DNA of 64,000 nucleotides from Eledone cirrhosa (Eukaryota): assembly GCA_964016885.1 (NCBI GenBank), contig OZ024741.1, positions 248,930,001-248,994,000 of the forward strand. Reading direction: 5' to 3'. The notes under the pieces were generated by a model that saw nothing but the letters and a program-made list of their open reading frames with translations, was not told where the DNA came from and searched no databases. Numbering within the stretch: the first letter of the stretch is position 1; the number at the start of each line of letters is the position of its first letter. Of this stretch, positions 22,901 through 35,900 are shown piece by piece. A program made the translations under genes and the position numbers.

Positions 22901-25900
22901 AAGGGGAGATAATTTCCAGCCGTCCAAGGGGAGATAATTTCCAGCCGTCCAAGGGGAGATAATATCCAGCCGTCCAAGGAGACATATTTTCCAGCCGTCC
23001 AAGGAGAGGTAATTTCTAGCCGTCCAAGGGGAGATAAGTTCCAGCCTCCAAGGGTAGAAAATTTCCAGCCAGCCAAGGGGAGATAATTTGTAAAAAAATC
23101 AGGGGGAGATAATTTGTAAAAAAAAAATCAGGGGGAGATAATTTGTAAAAAAATCAGGGGGAGATAATTTGTAAAAAAAAAATCAGGGGGAGATAATTTG
23201 TAAAAAAAATCAGGGGGAGATAATTTGTAGAAAAAATCAGGGGTAGATAATTTGTAAAAAAAATCAGGGGGAGATAATTTGTAAAAAAAATCAGGGGGAG
23301 ATAATTTGTAAAAAAAATCAGGGGTAGATAATTTTCAGCCGTCCAAGGGGAGATAATTTCCATCCTTCCAAGGGGAGATAATTTCCAGCCGTCCAAGGGG
23401 AGATAATTTCCCGCCAGCCAAGGAGAGATAACATTTAAAAAAATCAGGCGGAGATAATTTGTAAAAAAAATCAGGGGGAGATAATTTGTAAAAAAATCAG
23501 GGGGAGATAATTTGTAAAAAAAATCAGGGGTAGATAATTTCCAGCCGTCCAAGGGGAGATAATTTCCATCCTTCCAAGGGGAGATAATTTCCAGCCGTCC
23601 AAGGGGAGATAATTTCCCGCCAGCCAAGGAGAGATAATATTTAAAAAAATCAGGCGGAGATAATTTGTAAAAAAAATCAGGGGGAGATAATTTGTAAAAA
23701 AATCAGGGGGAGATAATTTGTAAAAAAAAAATCAGGGGGAGATAATTTGTAAAAAAAATCAGGGGTAGATAATTTGTAAAAAAAAATCAGGGGGAGATAA
23801 TTTGTAAAAAAAATCAGGGGGAGATAATTTGTAAAAAAAATCAGGGGTAGATAATTTCCAGCCGTCCAAGGGGAGATAATTTCCATCCTTCCAAGGGGAG
23901 ATAATTTCCAGCCGTCCAAGGGGAGATAATTTCCCGCCAGCCAAGGAGAGATAATATTTAAAAAAATCAGGCGGAGATAATTTGTAAAAAAAATCAGAGG
24001 GAGATAATTTGTAAAAAAAAAATCAGGGCGAGATAATTTGTAAAAAAAAATCAGGGGGAGATAATTTGTAAAAAAAAATCAGGGGGAGATAATTTGTAAA
24101 AAAAATCAGGGGTAGATAATTTGTAAAAAAAATCAGGGGGAGATAATTTGTAAAAAAAATCAGGGGGAGATAATTTGTAAAAAAAATCAAGGGGAGATAA
24201 TTTGCAGCCGTCCAAGGGGAGATAATTTTCAGCCGTCCAAGGAGAGATAATTTCTAGCCGTTCAAGGGGAGATAATTTCCAGCCGTCCAAGGGGAGATAA
24301 TTGCCAGCCGTCCAAGGGGAGATAATTTTTAAAGAAAAATCAGACGGAGATAATTTGTAAAAAAAAAATCAGGGGGAGATAATTTGTAAAAAAAAATCAG
24401 GGGGAGATAATTTGTAAAAAAAGATCAGGGGTAGATAATTTGTAAAAAAAATCAAGGGGAGATAATTTCCAGCCGTCCAAGGGAAGATAATTTCCAGCCC
24501 TCCAAGGGGCTATAATTTCCAGCGTCCAAGGGGAGATAATTTCCAGCCAGCGAAGAGGAGATAATTTTTTTTTAAAAATCATTGGGAGATTTGTAAAAAA
24601 AATCAGGGGGAGATAATTTGTAAAAAAAATCAGGGGTAGATAATTTGTAAAAAAAAATCAGGGGGAGATAATTTGTAAAAAAAAAATCAGGGGGAGATAA
24701 TTTGTAAAAAATTCAAGGGGAGATAATTTCCAGCCGTCCAAGGGGAGATAATTTTAAAAAAAAAATCAGGCGGAGATAATTTGTAAACAAAAATCAGGGG
24801 GAGATAATTTGTAAAAAAAAATCAGGGGGAGATAATTTGTAAAAAAAAATCAGGGGGAGATAATTTGTAAAAAAAATCAAGGGGAGATAATTTCCAGCCG
24901 TCCAAGGGGAGGTAATATCTAGCCATCCAAGGGGAGATAATTTCCAGCCGTCCAAGGGGAGATAATTTCCAGCCGTCCAAGGGGAGATAATATCCAGCCG
25001 TCCAAGGAGACATATTTTCCAGCCGTCCAATGAGAGGTAATTTCTAGCCGTCCAAGGGGAGATAAGTTCCAGCCTCCAAGGGGAGATAATTTCCAGCCAG
25101 CCAAGGGGAGATAATTTGTAAAAAAATCAGGGGGAGATAATTTGTAAAAAAAATCAGGGGGAGATAATTTGTAAAAAAAAATCAGGGGAGATAATTTGTA
25201 AAAAAAAATCAGGGGGAGATAATTTGTAAAAAAAAATCAGGGAGAGATAATTTGTAAAAAAAATCAAGGGGAGATAATTTCCAGCCGTCCAAGGGGAGAT
25301 AATTTTCAGCCGTCCAAGGAGAGGTAAATTCTAGCCGTCCAAGGAGAGATAATTTCCAGCCGTCCAAGGTGAGATAATTTCCAGCCGTCCAAAGGGAGAT
25401 AATTTTTTTAAAAAAATCAGGCGCAGATAAGTTGTAAAAAAAAATCAGGGGGAGATAATTTGTAAAAAAAAATCAGGGGGAGATAATTTGTAAAAAAAAT
25501 CAAGGGGAGATAATTTCCAGCCGTCCAAGGGAAGATAATTTCCAGCCCTCCAAGGGGCTATAATTTCCAGCGTCCAAGGGGAGATAATTTCCAGCCAGGG
25601 AAGGGGAGATAATTTTTTTTTTAAAATCACTGGGAGATTTGTAAAAAAAATCAGGGGGAGATAATTTGTAAAAAACTCAAGGGGTGATAATTTCCAGCCG
25701 TCCAAAGAGAGATAATTTCTAGCCGTCCAAGGGGAGATAATTTCCAGCCAAGGGGAGATAATTTCCAGCCTTCCAAGGGGAGATAATTTTTAAAAAAATC
25801 AGGTGGAGATAATTTGTAAAAAAAATCAGTGGAAGATAATTTGTAAAAAGAAAATCAAGGGCAGATAATTTCCAGCCGTCCAAGGGGAGATAATTTCCCG

Positions 25901-28900
25901 CCAGCCAAGGGAAGATAATATTTAAAAAAATCAGGCGGAGATAATTTGTAAAAAAAATCAGGGGGAGATAATTTGTAAAAAAATCAGGGGGAGATAATTT
26001 GTAAAAAAAAATCAGGGGGAAATAATTTGTAAAAAAAATCAGGGGGAGATAATTTGTAAAAAAAAATCAGGGGGAGATAATTTGTAAAAAAAATCAAGGG
26101 GAGATAATTTCCAGCCGTCCAAGGGGAGGTAATTTTCAACCGTCCAAGGGGAGATAATTTCCCGCCAGCCAAGGGAAGATAATATTTAAAAAAATCAGGC
26201 GGAGATAATTTGTAAAAAAAATCAGGGGGAGATAATTTGTAAAAAAATCAGGGGGAGATAATTTGTAAAAAAAAAATCAGGGGGAGATAATTTGTAAAAA
26301 AAATCAGGGGGAGATAATTTGTAAAAAAAATCAGGGGTAGATAATTTGTAAAAAAAAATCAGGGGGAGATAATTTGTAAAAAAAATCAGGGGGAGATAAT
26401 TTGTAAAAAAAATCAGGGGTAGATAATTTCCAGCCGTCCAAGGGGAGATAATTTCCATCCTTCCAAGGGGAGATAATTTCCAGCCGTCCAAGGGGAGATA
26501 ATTTCCCGCCAGCCAAGGAGAGATAATATTTAAAAAAATCAGGCGGAGATAATTTGTAAAAAAAATCAGGGGTAGATAATTTGTAAAAAAATCAGGGGGA
26601 GATAATTTGTAAAAAAAAAATCAGGGGGAGATAATTTGTAAAAAAAATCAGGGGGAGATAATTTGTAAAAAAAAATCAGGGGTAGATAATTTGTAAAAAA
26701 AAATCAGGGGGAGATAATTTGTAAAAAAAAAATCAGGGGGAGATAATTTGTAAAAAAATCAAGGGGAGATAATTTCCAGCCGTCCAAGGGGAGATAATTT
26801 TCAGCCGTCCAAGGAGAGGTAATTTCTAGCCGTCCAAGGGGAGATAATTTCCAGCCGTCCAAGGGGAGATAATTTTTAAAAAAAAATAGGCGGAGATAAT
26901 TTGTAAACAAAAATCAGGGGGAGATAATTTGTAAAAAAAAATCAGGGGGAGATAATTTGTAAAAAAAAATCAGGGAGATAATTTGTAAAAAAAATCAAGG
27001 GGAGATAATTTCCAGCCGTCCAAGGGGAGGTAATATCTAGCCATCCAAGGGGAGATAATTTCCAGCCGTCCAAGGGGAGATAATTTCCAGCCGTCCAATG
27101 GGAGATAATATCCAGCCGTCCAAGGAGACATATTTTCCAGCCGTCCAAGGAGAGGTAATTTCTAGCCGTCCAAGGGGAGATAAGTTCCAGCCTCCAAGGG
27201 GAGATAATTTCCAGCCAGCCAAGGGGAGATAATTTGTAAAAAAATCAGGGGGAGATAATTTGTAAAAAAAAATCAGGGGGAGATAATTTGTAAAAAAAAA
27301 TCAGGGGGAGATAATTTGTAAAAAAAATCAAGGGGAGATAATTTCCAGCCGTCCAAGGGGAGATAATTTTCAGCCGTCCAAGGAGAGGTAAATTCTAGCC
27401 GTCCAAGGAGAGATAATTTCCAGGCGTCCAAGGGGAGATAATTTCCAGCCAGCCAAGGGGAGATAATTTGTAAAAAAATCAGGGGGAGATAATTTGTAAA
27501 AAAAAAATCAGGGGGAGATAATTTGTAAAAAAATCAGGGGGAGATAATTTGTAAAAAAAAATCAGGGGGAGATAATTTGTAAAAAAAATCAGGGGGAGAT
27601 AATTTGTAAAAAAAATCAGGGGTAGATAATTTGTAAAAAAAATCAGGGGGAGATAATTTGTAAAAAAAATCAGGGGGAGATAATTTGTAAAAAAATCAGG
27701 GGTAGATAATTTTCAGCCGTCCAAGGGGAGATAATTTCCATCCTTCCAAGGGGAGATAATTTCCAGCCGTCCAAGGGGAGATAATTTCCCGCCAGCCAAG
27801 GAGAGATAACATTTAAAAAAATCAGGCGGAGATAATTTGTAAAAAAATCAGGGGGAGATAATTTGTAAAAAAAATCAGGGGTAGATAATTTCCAGCCGTC
27901 CAAGGGGAGATAATTTCTATCCTTCCAAGGGGAGATAATTTCCAGCCGTCCAAGGGGAGATAATTTCCCGCCAGCCAAGGAGAGATAATATTTAAAAAAA
28001 TCAGGCGGAGATAATTTGTAAAAAAAATCAGGGGGAGATAATTTGTAAAAAAATCAGGGGGAGATAATTTGTAAAAAAAAATCAGGGGGAGATAATTTGT
28101 AAAAAAAATCAGGGGGAGATAATTTGTAAAAAAAAATCAGGGGTAGATAATTTGTAAAAAAAAATCAGGGGGAGATAATTTATAAAAAAAAATCAGGGGG
28201 AGATAATTTGTAAAAAAATCAAGGGGAGATAATTTCCAGCCGTCCAAGGGGAGATAATTTTCAGCCGTCCAAGGAGAGGTAATTTCTAGCCGTCCAAGGG
28301 GAGATAATTTCCAGCCGTCCAAGGGGAGATAATTTTTTTAAAAAAATCAGGCGGAGATAATTTGTAAACAAAAATCAGGGGGAGATAATTTGTAAAAAAA
28401 AATCAGGGGGAGATAATTTGTAAAAAAAAATCAGGGGGAGATAATTTGTAAAAAAAATCAAGGGGAGATAATTTGTAAAAAAAAATCAGGGGTAGATAAT
28501 TTGTAAAAAAAAATCAGGGGGAGATAATTTGTAAAAAAAAAATCAGGGGGAGATAATTTGTAAAAAAATCAAGGGGAGATAATTTCCAGCCGTCCAAGGG
28601 GAGATAATTTTCAGCCGTCCAAGGAGAGGTAATTTCTAGCCGTCCAAGGGGAGATAATTTCCAGCCAGCCAAGGGGAGATAATTTGTAAAAAAATCAGGG
28701 GTAGATAATTTGTAAAAAAAAATCAGGGGGAGATAATTTGTAAAAAAAAATCAGGGGGAGATAATTTGTAAAAAAAATCAAGGGGAGATAATTTCCAGCC
28801 GTCCAAGGGGAGATAATTTTCAGCCGTCCAAGGAGAGGTAATTTCTAGCCGTCCAAGGGGAGATAAGTTCCAGCCTCCAAGGGGAGATAATTTCCAGCCA

Positions 28901-29820
28901 GCCAAGGGGAGATAATTTGTAAAAAAATCAGGGGTAGATAATTTGTAAAAAAAAATCAGGGGGAGATAATTTGTAAAAAAAATCAGGGGGAGATAATTTG
29001 TAGAAAAAATCAGGGGTAGATAATTTCCAGCCGTCCAAGGGGAGATAATTTCCATCCTTCCAAGGGGAGATAATTTCCAGCCGTCCAAGGGGAGATAATT
29101 TCCCGCAAGCCAAGGAGAGATAACATTTAAAAAAATCAGGCGGAGATAATTTGTAAAAAAAAATCAGGGGGAGATAATTTGTGAAAAAATCAGGGGGAGA
29201 TAATTTGTAAAAAAAATCAGGGGTAGATAATTTCCAGCCGTCCAAGGGGAGATAATTTCCATCCTTCCAAGGGGAGATAATTTCCAGCCGTCCAAGGGGA
29301 GATAATTTCCCGCCAGCCAAGGAGAGATAATATTTAAAAAAAATCAGGCGGAGATAATTTGTAAAAAAAATCAGGGGGAGATAATTTGTAAAAAAATCAG
29401 GGGGAGATAATTTGTAAAAAAAAATCAGGGGGAGATAATTTGTAAAAAAAATCAGGGGGAGATAATTTGTAAAAAAAAATCAGGGGTAGATAATTTGTAA
29501 ACAAAAATCAGGGGGAGATAATTTGTAAAAAAAAATCAGGGGGAGATAATTTGTAAAAAAAATCAGGGGGAGATAATTTGTAAAAAAATCAGGGGGAGAT
29601 AATTTGTAAAAAAAATCAGGGGTAGATAATTTCCAGCCGTCCAAGGGGAGATAATTTCCATCCTTCCAAGGGGAGATAATTTCCAGCCGTCCAAGGGGAG
29701 ATAATTTCCCGCCAGCCAAGGAGAGATAATATTTAAAAAAATCAGGCGGAGATAATTTGTAAAAAAAATCAGGGGGAGATAATTTGTAAAAAAATCAGGG
29801 GGAGATAATTTGTAAAAAAA
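13925..29820 (+). repeat. ~15.9-kb segment duplicated at ~42305-57770
   Basis: Offsets 28381 (14629/43010), then 28324-28325 (16042/44367 through 26222/54547), then 27950 (26942/54892 through 29480/57430). Shared private variants: cagtcgtcc, ttgttaaa, aaataaggg, gtataaaa, ccaagtggct, ccaggcgtcc, cgcaagcc. Confidence 0.92.
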
Positions 29821-29989
29821 TCAAGGGGAGATAATTTCCAGCCGTCCAAGGGGAGATAATTTTCAGCCGTCCAAGGAGAGGTAATTTCTAGCCGTCCAAG
29901 GGGAGATAATTTCCAGCCGTCCAAGGGGAGATAATTTTTTTAAAAAAATCAGGCGGAGATAATTTGTAAACAAAAATCAGGGGGAGATA

Positions 29990-32900
29990 ATTTGTAAAAA
30001 AAAATCAGGGGGAGATAATTTGTAAAAAAAATCAGGGGGAGATAATTTGTAAAAAAAAATCAGGGGTAGATAATTTGTAAAAAAAAATCAGGGGGAGATA
30101 ATTTGTAAAAAAAAATCAGGGGGAGATAATTTGTAAAAAAATCAAGGGGAGATAATTTCCAGCCGTCCAAGGGGAGATAATTTTCAGCCGTCCAAGGAGA
30201 GGTAATTTCTAGCCGTCCAAGGGGAGATAATTTCCAGCCGTCCAAGGGGAGATAATTTTTTTAAAAAAATCAGGCGGAGATAATTTGTAAACAAAAATCA
30301 GGGGGAGAGAATTTGTAAAAAAAAATCAGGGGGAGATAATTTGTAAAAAAAAATCAGGGGGAGATAATTTGTAAAAAAAATCAAGGGGAGATAATTTCCA
30401 GCCGTCCAAGGGGAGGTAATATCTAGCCATCCAAGGGGAGATAATTTCCAGCCGTCCAAGGGGAGATAATTTCCAGCCGTCCAAGGGGAGATAATATCCA
30501 GCCGTCCAAGGAGACATATTTTCCAGCCGTCCAAGGAGACGTAATTTCTAGCCGTCCAAGGGGAGATAAGTTCCAGCCTCCAAGGGGAGATAATTTCCAG
30601 CCAGCCAAGGGGAGATAATTTGTAAAAAAATTAGGGGGAGATAATTTGTAAAAAAAAATTAGGGGGAGATAATTTGTAAAAAAAAATCAGGGGGAGATAA
30701 TTTGTAAAAAAAAATCAGGGGGAGATAATTTGTAAAAAAAATCAAGGGGAGATAATTTCCAGCCGTCCAAGGGGAGATAATTTTCAGCCGTCCAAGGAGA
30801 GGTAAATTGTAGCCGTCCAAGGAGATATAATTTCCAGCCGTCCAAGGGGAGATAATTTCCAGCCGTCCAAGGGGAGATAATTTTTAAAAAAAAATCAGGC
30901 GGAGATAATTTGTAAACAAAAATCAGGGGGAGATAATTTTAAAAAAAAAATCAGGGGGAGATAATTTGTAAAAAAAAATCAGGGGGAGATAATTTGTAAA
31001 AAAAATCAAGGGGAGATAATTTCCAGCCGTCCAAGGGGAAGTAATATCTAGCCATCCAAGGGGAGATAATTTCCAGCCGTCCAAGGGGAGATAATTTCCA
31101 GCCGTCCAAGGGGAGATAATATCCAGCCGTCCAAGGAGACATATTTTCCAGCCGTCCAAGGAGAGGTAATTTCTAGCCGTCCAAGGGGAGATAAGTTCCA
31201 GCCTCCAAGGGGAGATAATTTCCAGCCAGCCAAGGGGAGATAATTTGTAAAAAAATCAGGGGGGAGATAATTTGTAAAAAAAATCAGGGGGAGATAATTT
31301 GAAAAAAAAATCAGGGGGAGATAATTTGTAAAAAATATCAAGGGGAGATAATTTCCAGCCCTCCAAGGGGCTATAATTTCCAGCCGTGCAAGGGGAGATA
31401 ATTTCCAGCCGTCCAAGGGGAGATAATTTCCATCCTTCCAAGGGGAGATAATTTCCAGCCGTCCAAGGGGAGATAAATTCCCGCCAGCCAAGGGAAGATA
31501 ATTTTTTAAAAAATCAGGCGGAGATTGTAAAAAAAATCAGGGGGAGATAATTTGTAAAAAAATCAGGGGGAGATAATTTGTAAAAAAAAAATCAGGGGGA
31601 GATAATTTGTAAAAAAAAATCAGGGGGAGATAATTTGTAAAAAAAATCAGGGGTGATAATTTGTAAAAAAAATCAGGGGTAGATAATTTGTAAAAAAAAT
31701 CAGGGGGAGATAATTTGTAAAAAAAATCAGGGGTAGATAATTTTCAGCCGTCCAAGGGGAGATAATTTCCATCCTTCCAAGGGGAGATAATTTCCAGCCG
31801 TCCAAGGGGAGATAATTTCCCGCCAGCCAAGGAGAGATAACATTTAAAAAAATCAGGCGGAGATAATTTGTAAAAAAATCAGGGGGAGATAATTTGTAAA
31901 AAAAATCAGGGGTAGATAATTTTCAGCCGTCCAAGGGGAGATAATTTCCATCCTTCCAAGGGGAGATAATTTCCAGCCGTCCAAGGGGAGATAATTTCCC
32001 GCCAGCCAAGGAGAGATAACATTTAAAAAAATCAGGGGGAGATAATTTGTAAAAAAAAATCAGGGGGAGATAATTCGTAAAAAAAAATCAGGGGGAGATA
32101 ATTTGTAAAAAAAAATCAGGGGTAGATAATTTGTAAAAAAAAATCAGGGGGAGATAATTTGTAAAAAAAAAATCAGGGGGAGATAATTTGTAAAAAAATC
32201 AAGGGGAGATAATTTCCAGCCGTCCAAGGGGAGATAATTTTCAGCCGTCCAAGGAGAGGTAATTTCTAGCCGTCCAAGGGGAGATAATTTCCAGCCGTCC
32301 AAGGGGAGATAATTTTTTTAAAAAAATCAGGCGGAGATACTTTGTAAACAAAAATCAGGGGGAGATAATTTGTAAAAAAAAATCAGGGGGAGATAATTTG
32401 TAAAAAAAATCAAGGGGAGATAATTTCCAGCCGTCCAAGGGGAGGTAATATCTAGCCATCCAAGGGGAGATAATTTCCAGCCGTCCAAGTGGAGATAATT
32501 TCCAGCCGTCCAAGGGGAGATAATATCCAGCCGTCCAAGGAGACATATTTTCCAGCCGTCCAAGGAGAGGTAATTTCTAGCCGTCCAAGGGGAGATAAGT
32601 TCCAGCCTCCAAGGGGAGATAATTTCCAGCCAGCCAAGGGGAGATAATTTGTAAAAAAATCAGGGGGAGATAATTTGTAAAAAAAAAATCAGGTTGAGAT
32701 AATTTGTAAAAAAAAAATCAGGGGGAGATAATTTGTAAAAAAAATCAGGGGGAGATAATTTGTAAAAAAAATCAGGGGTAGATAATTTGTAAAAAAAATC
32801 AGGGGGAGATAATTTGTAAAAAAAATCAGGGGGAGATAATTTGTAAAAAAAATCAGGGGTAGATAATTTTCAGCCGTCCAAGGGGAGATAATTTCCATCC

Positions 32901-35900
32901 TTCCAAGGGGAGATAATTTCCAGCCGTCCAAGGGGAGATAATTTCCCGCCAGCCAAGGAGAGATAACATTTAAAAAAATCAGGCGGAGATAATTTGTAAA
33001 AAAAATCAGGGGGAGATAATTTGTAAAAAAATCAGGGGGAGATAATTTGTAAAAAAAATCAGGGGTAGATAATTTCCAGCCGTCCAAGGGGAGATAATTT
33101 CCATCCTTCCAAGGGGAGATAATTTCCAGCCGTCCAAGGGGAGATAATTTCCCGCCAGCCAAGGAGAGATAATATTTAAAAAAATCAGGCGGAGATAATT
33201 TGTAAAAAAAATCAGGGGGAGATAATTTGTAAAAAAATCAGGGGGAGATAATTTGTAAAAAAAAATCAGGGGGAGATAATTTGTAAAAAAAATCAGGGGG
33301 AGATAATTTGTAAAAAAAAATCAGGGGTAGATAATTTGTAAAAAAAAATCAGGGGGAGATAATTTGTAAAAAAAAATCAGGGGGAGATAATTTGTAAAAA
33401 AATCAAGGGGAGATAATTTCCAGCCGTCCAAGGGGAGATAATTTTCAGCCGTCCAAGGAGAGGTAATTTCTAGCCGTCCAAGGGGAGATAATTTCCAGCC
33501 GTCCAAGGGGAGATAATTTTTTTAAAAAAATCAGGCGGAGATAATTTGTAAACAAAAATCAGGGGGAGAGAATTTGTAAAAAAAAATCAGGGGGAGATAA
33601 TTTGTAAAAAAAAATCAGGGGGAGATAATTTGTAAAAAAAATCAAGGGGAGATAATTTCCAGCCGTCCAAGGGGAGGTAATATCTAGCCATCCAAGGGGA
33701 GATAATTTCCAGCCGTCCAAGGGGAGATAATATCCAGCCGTCCAAGGAGACATTTTCCAGCCGTCCAAGGAGACGTAATTTCTAGCCGTCCAAGGGGAGA
33801 TAAGTTCCAGCCTCCAAGGGGAGATAATTTCCAGCCAGCCAAAGGGAGATAATTTGTAAAAGAATTAGGGGGAGATAATTTGTAAAAAAAAATTAGAGGA
33901 AGATAATTTGTAAAAAAAAATCAGGGGGAGATAATTTGTAAAAAAAAATCAGGGGGAGATAATTTGTAAAAAAAATCAAGGGGAGATAATTTCCAGCCGT
34001 CCAAGGGGAGATAATTTTCAGCCGTCCAAGGAGAGGTAAATTGTAGCCGTCCAAGGAGATATAATTTCCAGCCGTCCAAGGGGAGATAATTTCCAGCCGT
34101 CCAAGGGGAGATAATTTTTAAAAAAAAATCAGGCGGAAATAATTTGTAAACAAAAATCAGGGGTAGATAATTTTTTAAAAAAAATCAGGGGGAGATAATT
34201 TGTAAAAAAAAATCAGGGGGAGATAATTTGTAAAAAAAATCAAGGGGAGATAATTTCCAGCCGTCCAAGGGGAGGTAATATCTAGCCATCCAAGGGGAGA
34301 TAATTTCCAGCCGTCCAAGGGGAGATAATTTCCAGCCGTCCAAGGGGAGATAATATCCAGCCGTCCAAGGAGACATATTTTCCAGCCGTCCAAGGAGAGG
34401 TAATTTCTAGCCGTCCAAGGGGAGATAAGTTCCAGCCTCCAAGGGGAGATAATTTCCAGCCAGCCAAGGGGAGATAATTTGTAAAAAAATCAGGGGGGAG
34501 ATAATTTGTAAAAAAAATCAGGGGGAGATAATTTGAAAAAAAAATCAGGGGGAGATAATTTGTAAAAAATATCAAGGGGAGATAATTTCCAGCCCTCCAA
34601 GGGGCTATAATTTCCAGCCGTGCAAGGGGAGATAATTTCCAGCCGTCCAAGGGGAGATAATTTCCATCCTTCCAAGGGGAGATAATTTCCAGCCGTCCAA
34701 GGGGAGATAATTTCCCGCCAGCCAAGGGAAGATAATTTTTTAAAAAATCAGGCGGAGATTGTAAAAAAAATCAGGGGGAGATAATTTGTAAAAAAATCAG
34801 GGGGAGATAATTTGTAAAAAAAAAATCAGGGGGAGATAATTTGTAAAAAAAAATCAGGGGGAGATAATTTGTAAAAAAAATCAGGGGTGATAATTTGTAA
34901 AAAAAATCAGGGGTAGATAATTTGTAAAAAAAATCAGGGGGAGATAATTTGTAAAAAAAATCAGGGGTAGATAATTTTCAGCCGTCCAAGGGGAGATAAT
35001 TTCCATCCTTCCAAGGGGAGATAATTTCCAGCCGTCCAAGGGGAGATAATTTCCCGCCAGCCAAGGATAGATAACATTTAAAAAAATCAGGCGGAGATAA
35101 TTTGTAAAAAAATCAGGGGGAGATAATTTGTAAAAAAAATCAGGGGTAGATAATTTTCAGCCGTCCAAGGGGAGATAATTTCCATCCTTCCAAGGGGAGA
35201 TAATTTCCAGCCGTCCAAGGGGAGATAATTTCCCGCCAGCCAAGGAGAGATAACATTTAAAAAAATCAGGGGGAGATAATTTGTAAAAAAAAATCAGGGG
35301 GAGATAATTCGTAAAAAAAAATCAGGGGGAGATAATTTGTAAAAAAAAATCAGGGGTAGATAATTTGTAAAAAAAAAATCAGGGGGAGATAATTTGTAAA
35401 AAAATCAAGGGGAGATAATTTCCAGCCGTCCAAGGGGAGATAATTTTCAGCCGTCCAAGGAGAGGTAATTTCTAGCCGTCCAAGGGGAGATAATTTCCAG
35501 CCGTCCAAGGGGAGATAATTTTTTTAAAAAAATCAGGCGGAGATAATTTGTAAACAAAAATCAGGGGGAGATAATTTGTCAAAAAAAATCAGGGGGAGAT
35601 AATTTGTAAAAAAAAATCAGGGGGAGATAATTTGTAAAAAAAATCAAGGGGAGATAATTTGTAAAAAAAAATCAGGGGTAGATAATTTGTAAAAAAAATC
35701 AGGGGGAGATAATTTGTAAAAAAAAAATCAGGGGGAGATAATTTGTAAAAAAATCAAGGGGAGATAATTTCCAGCCGTCCAAGGGGAGATAATTTTCAGC
35801 CGTCCAAGGAGAGGTAATTTCTAGCCGTCCAAGGGGAGATAATTTCCAGCCAGCCAAGGGGAGATAATTTGTAAAAAAATCAGGAGTAGATAATTTGTAA

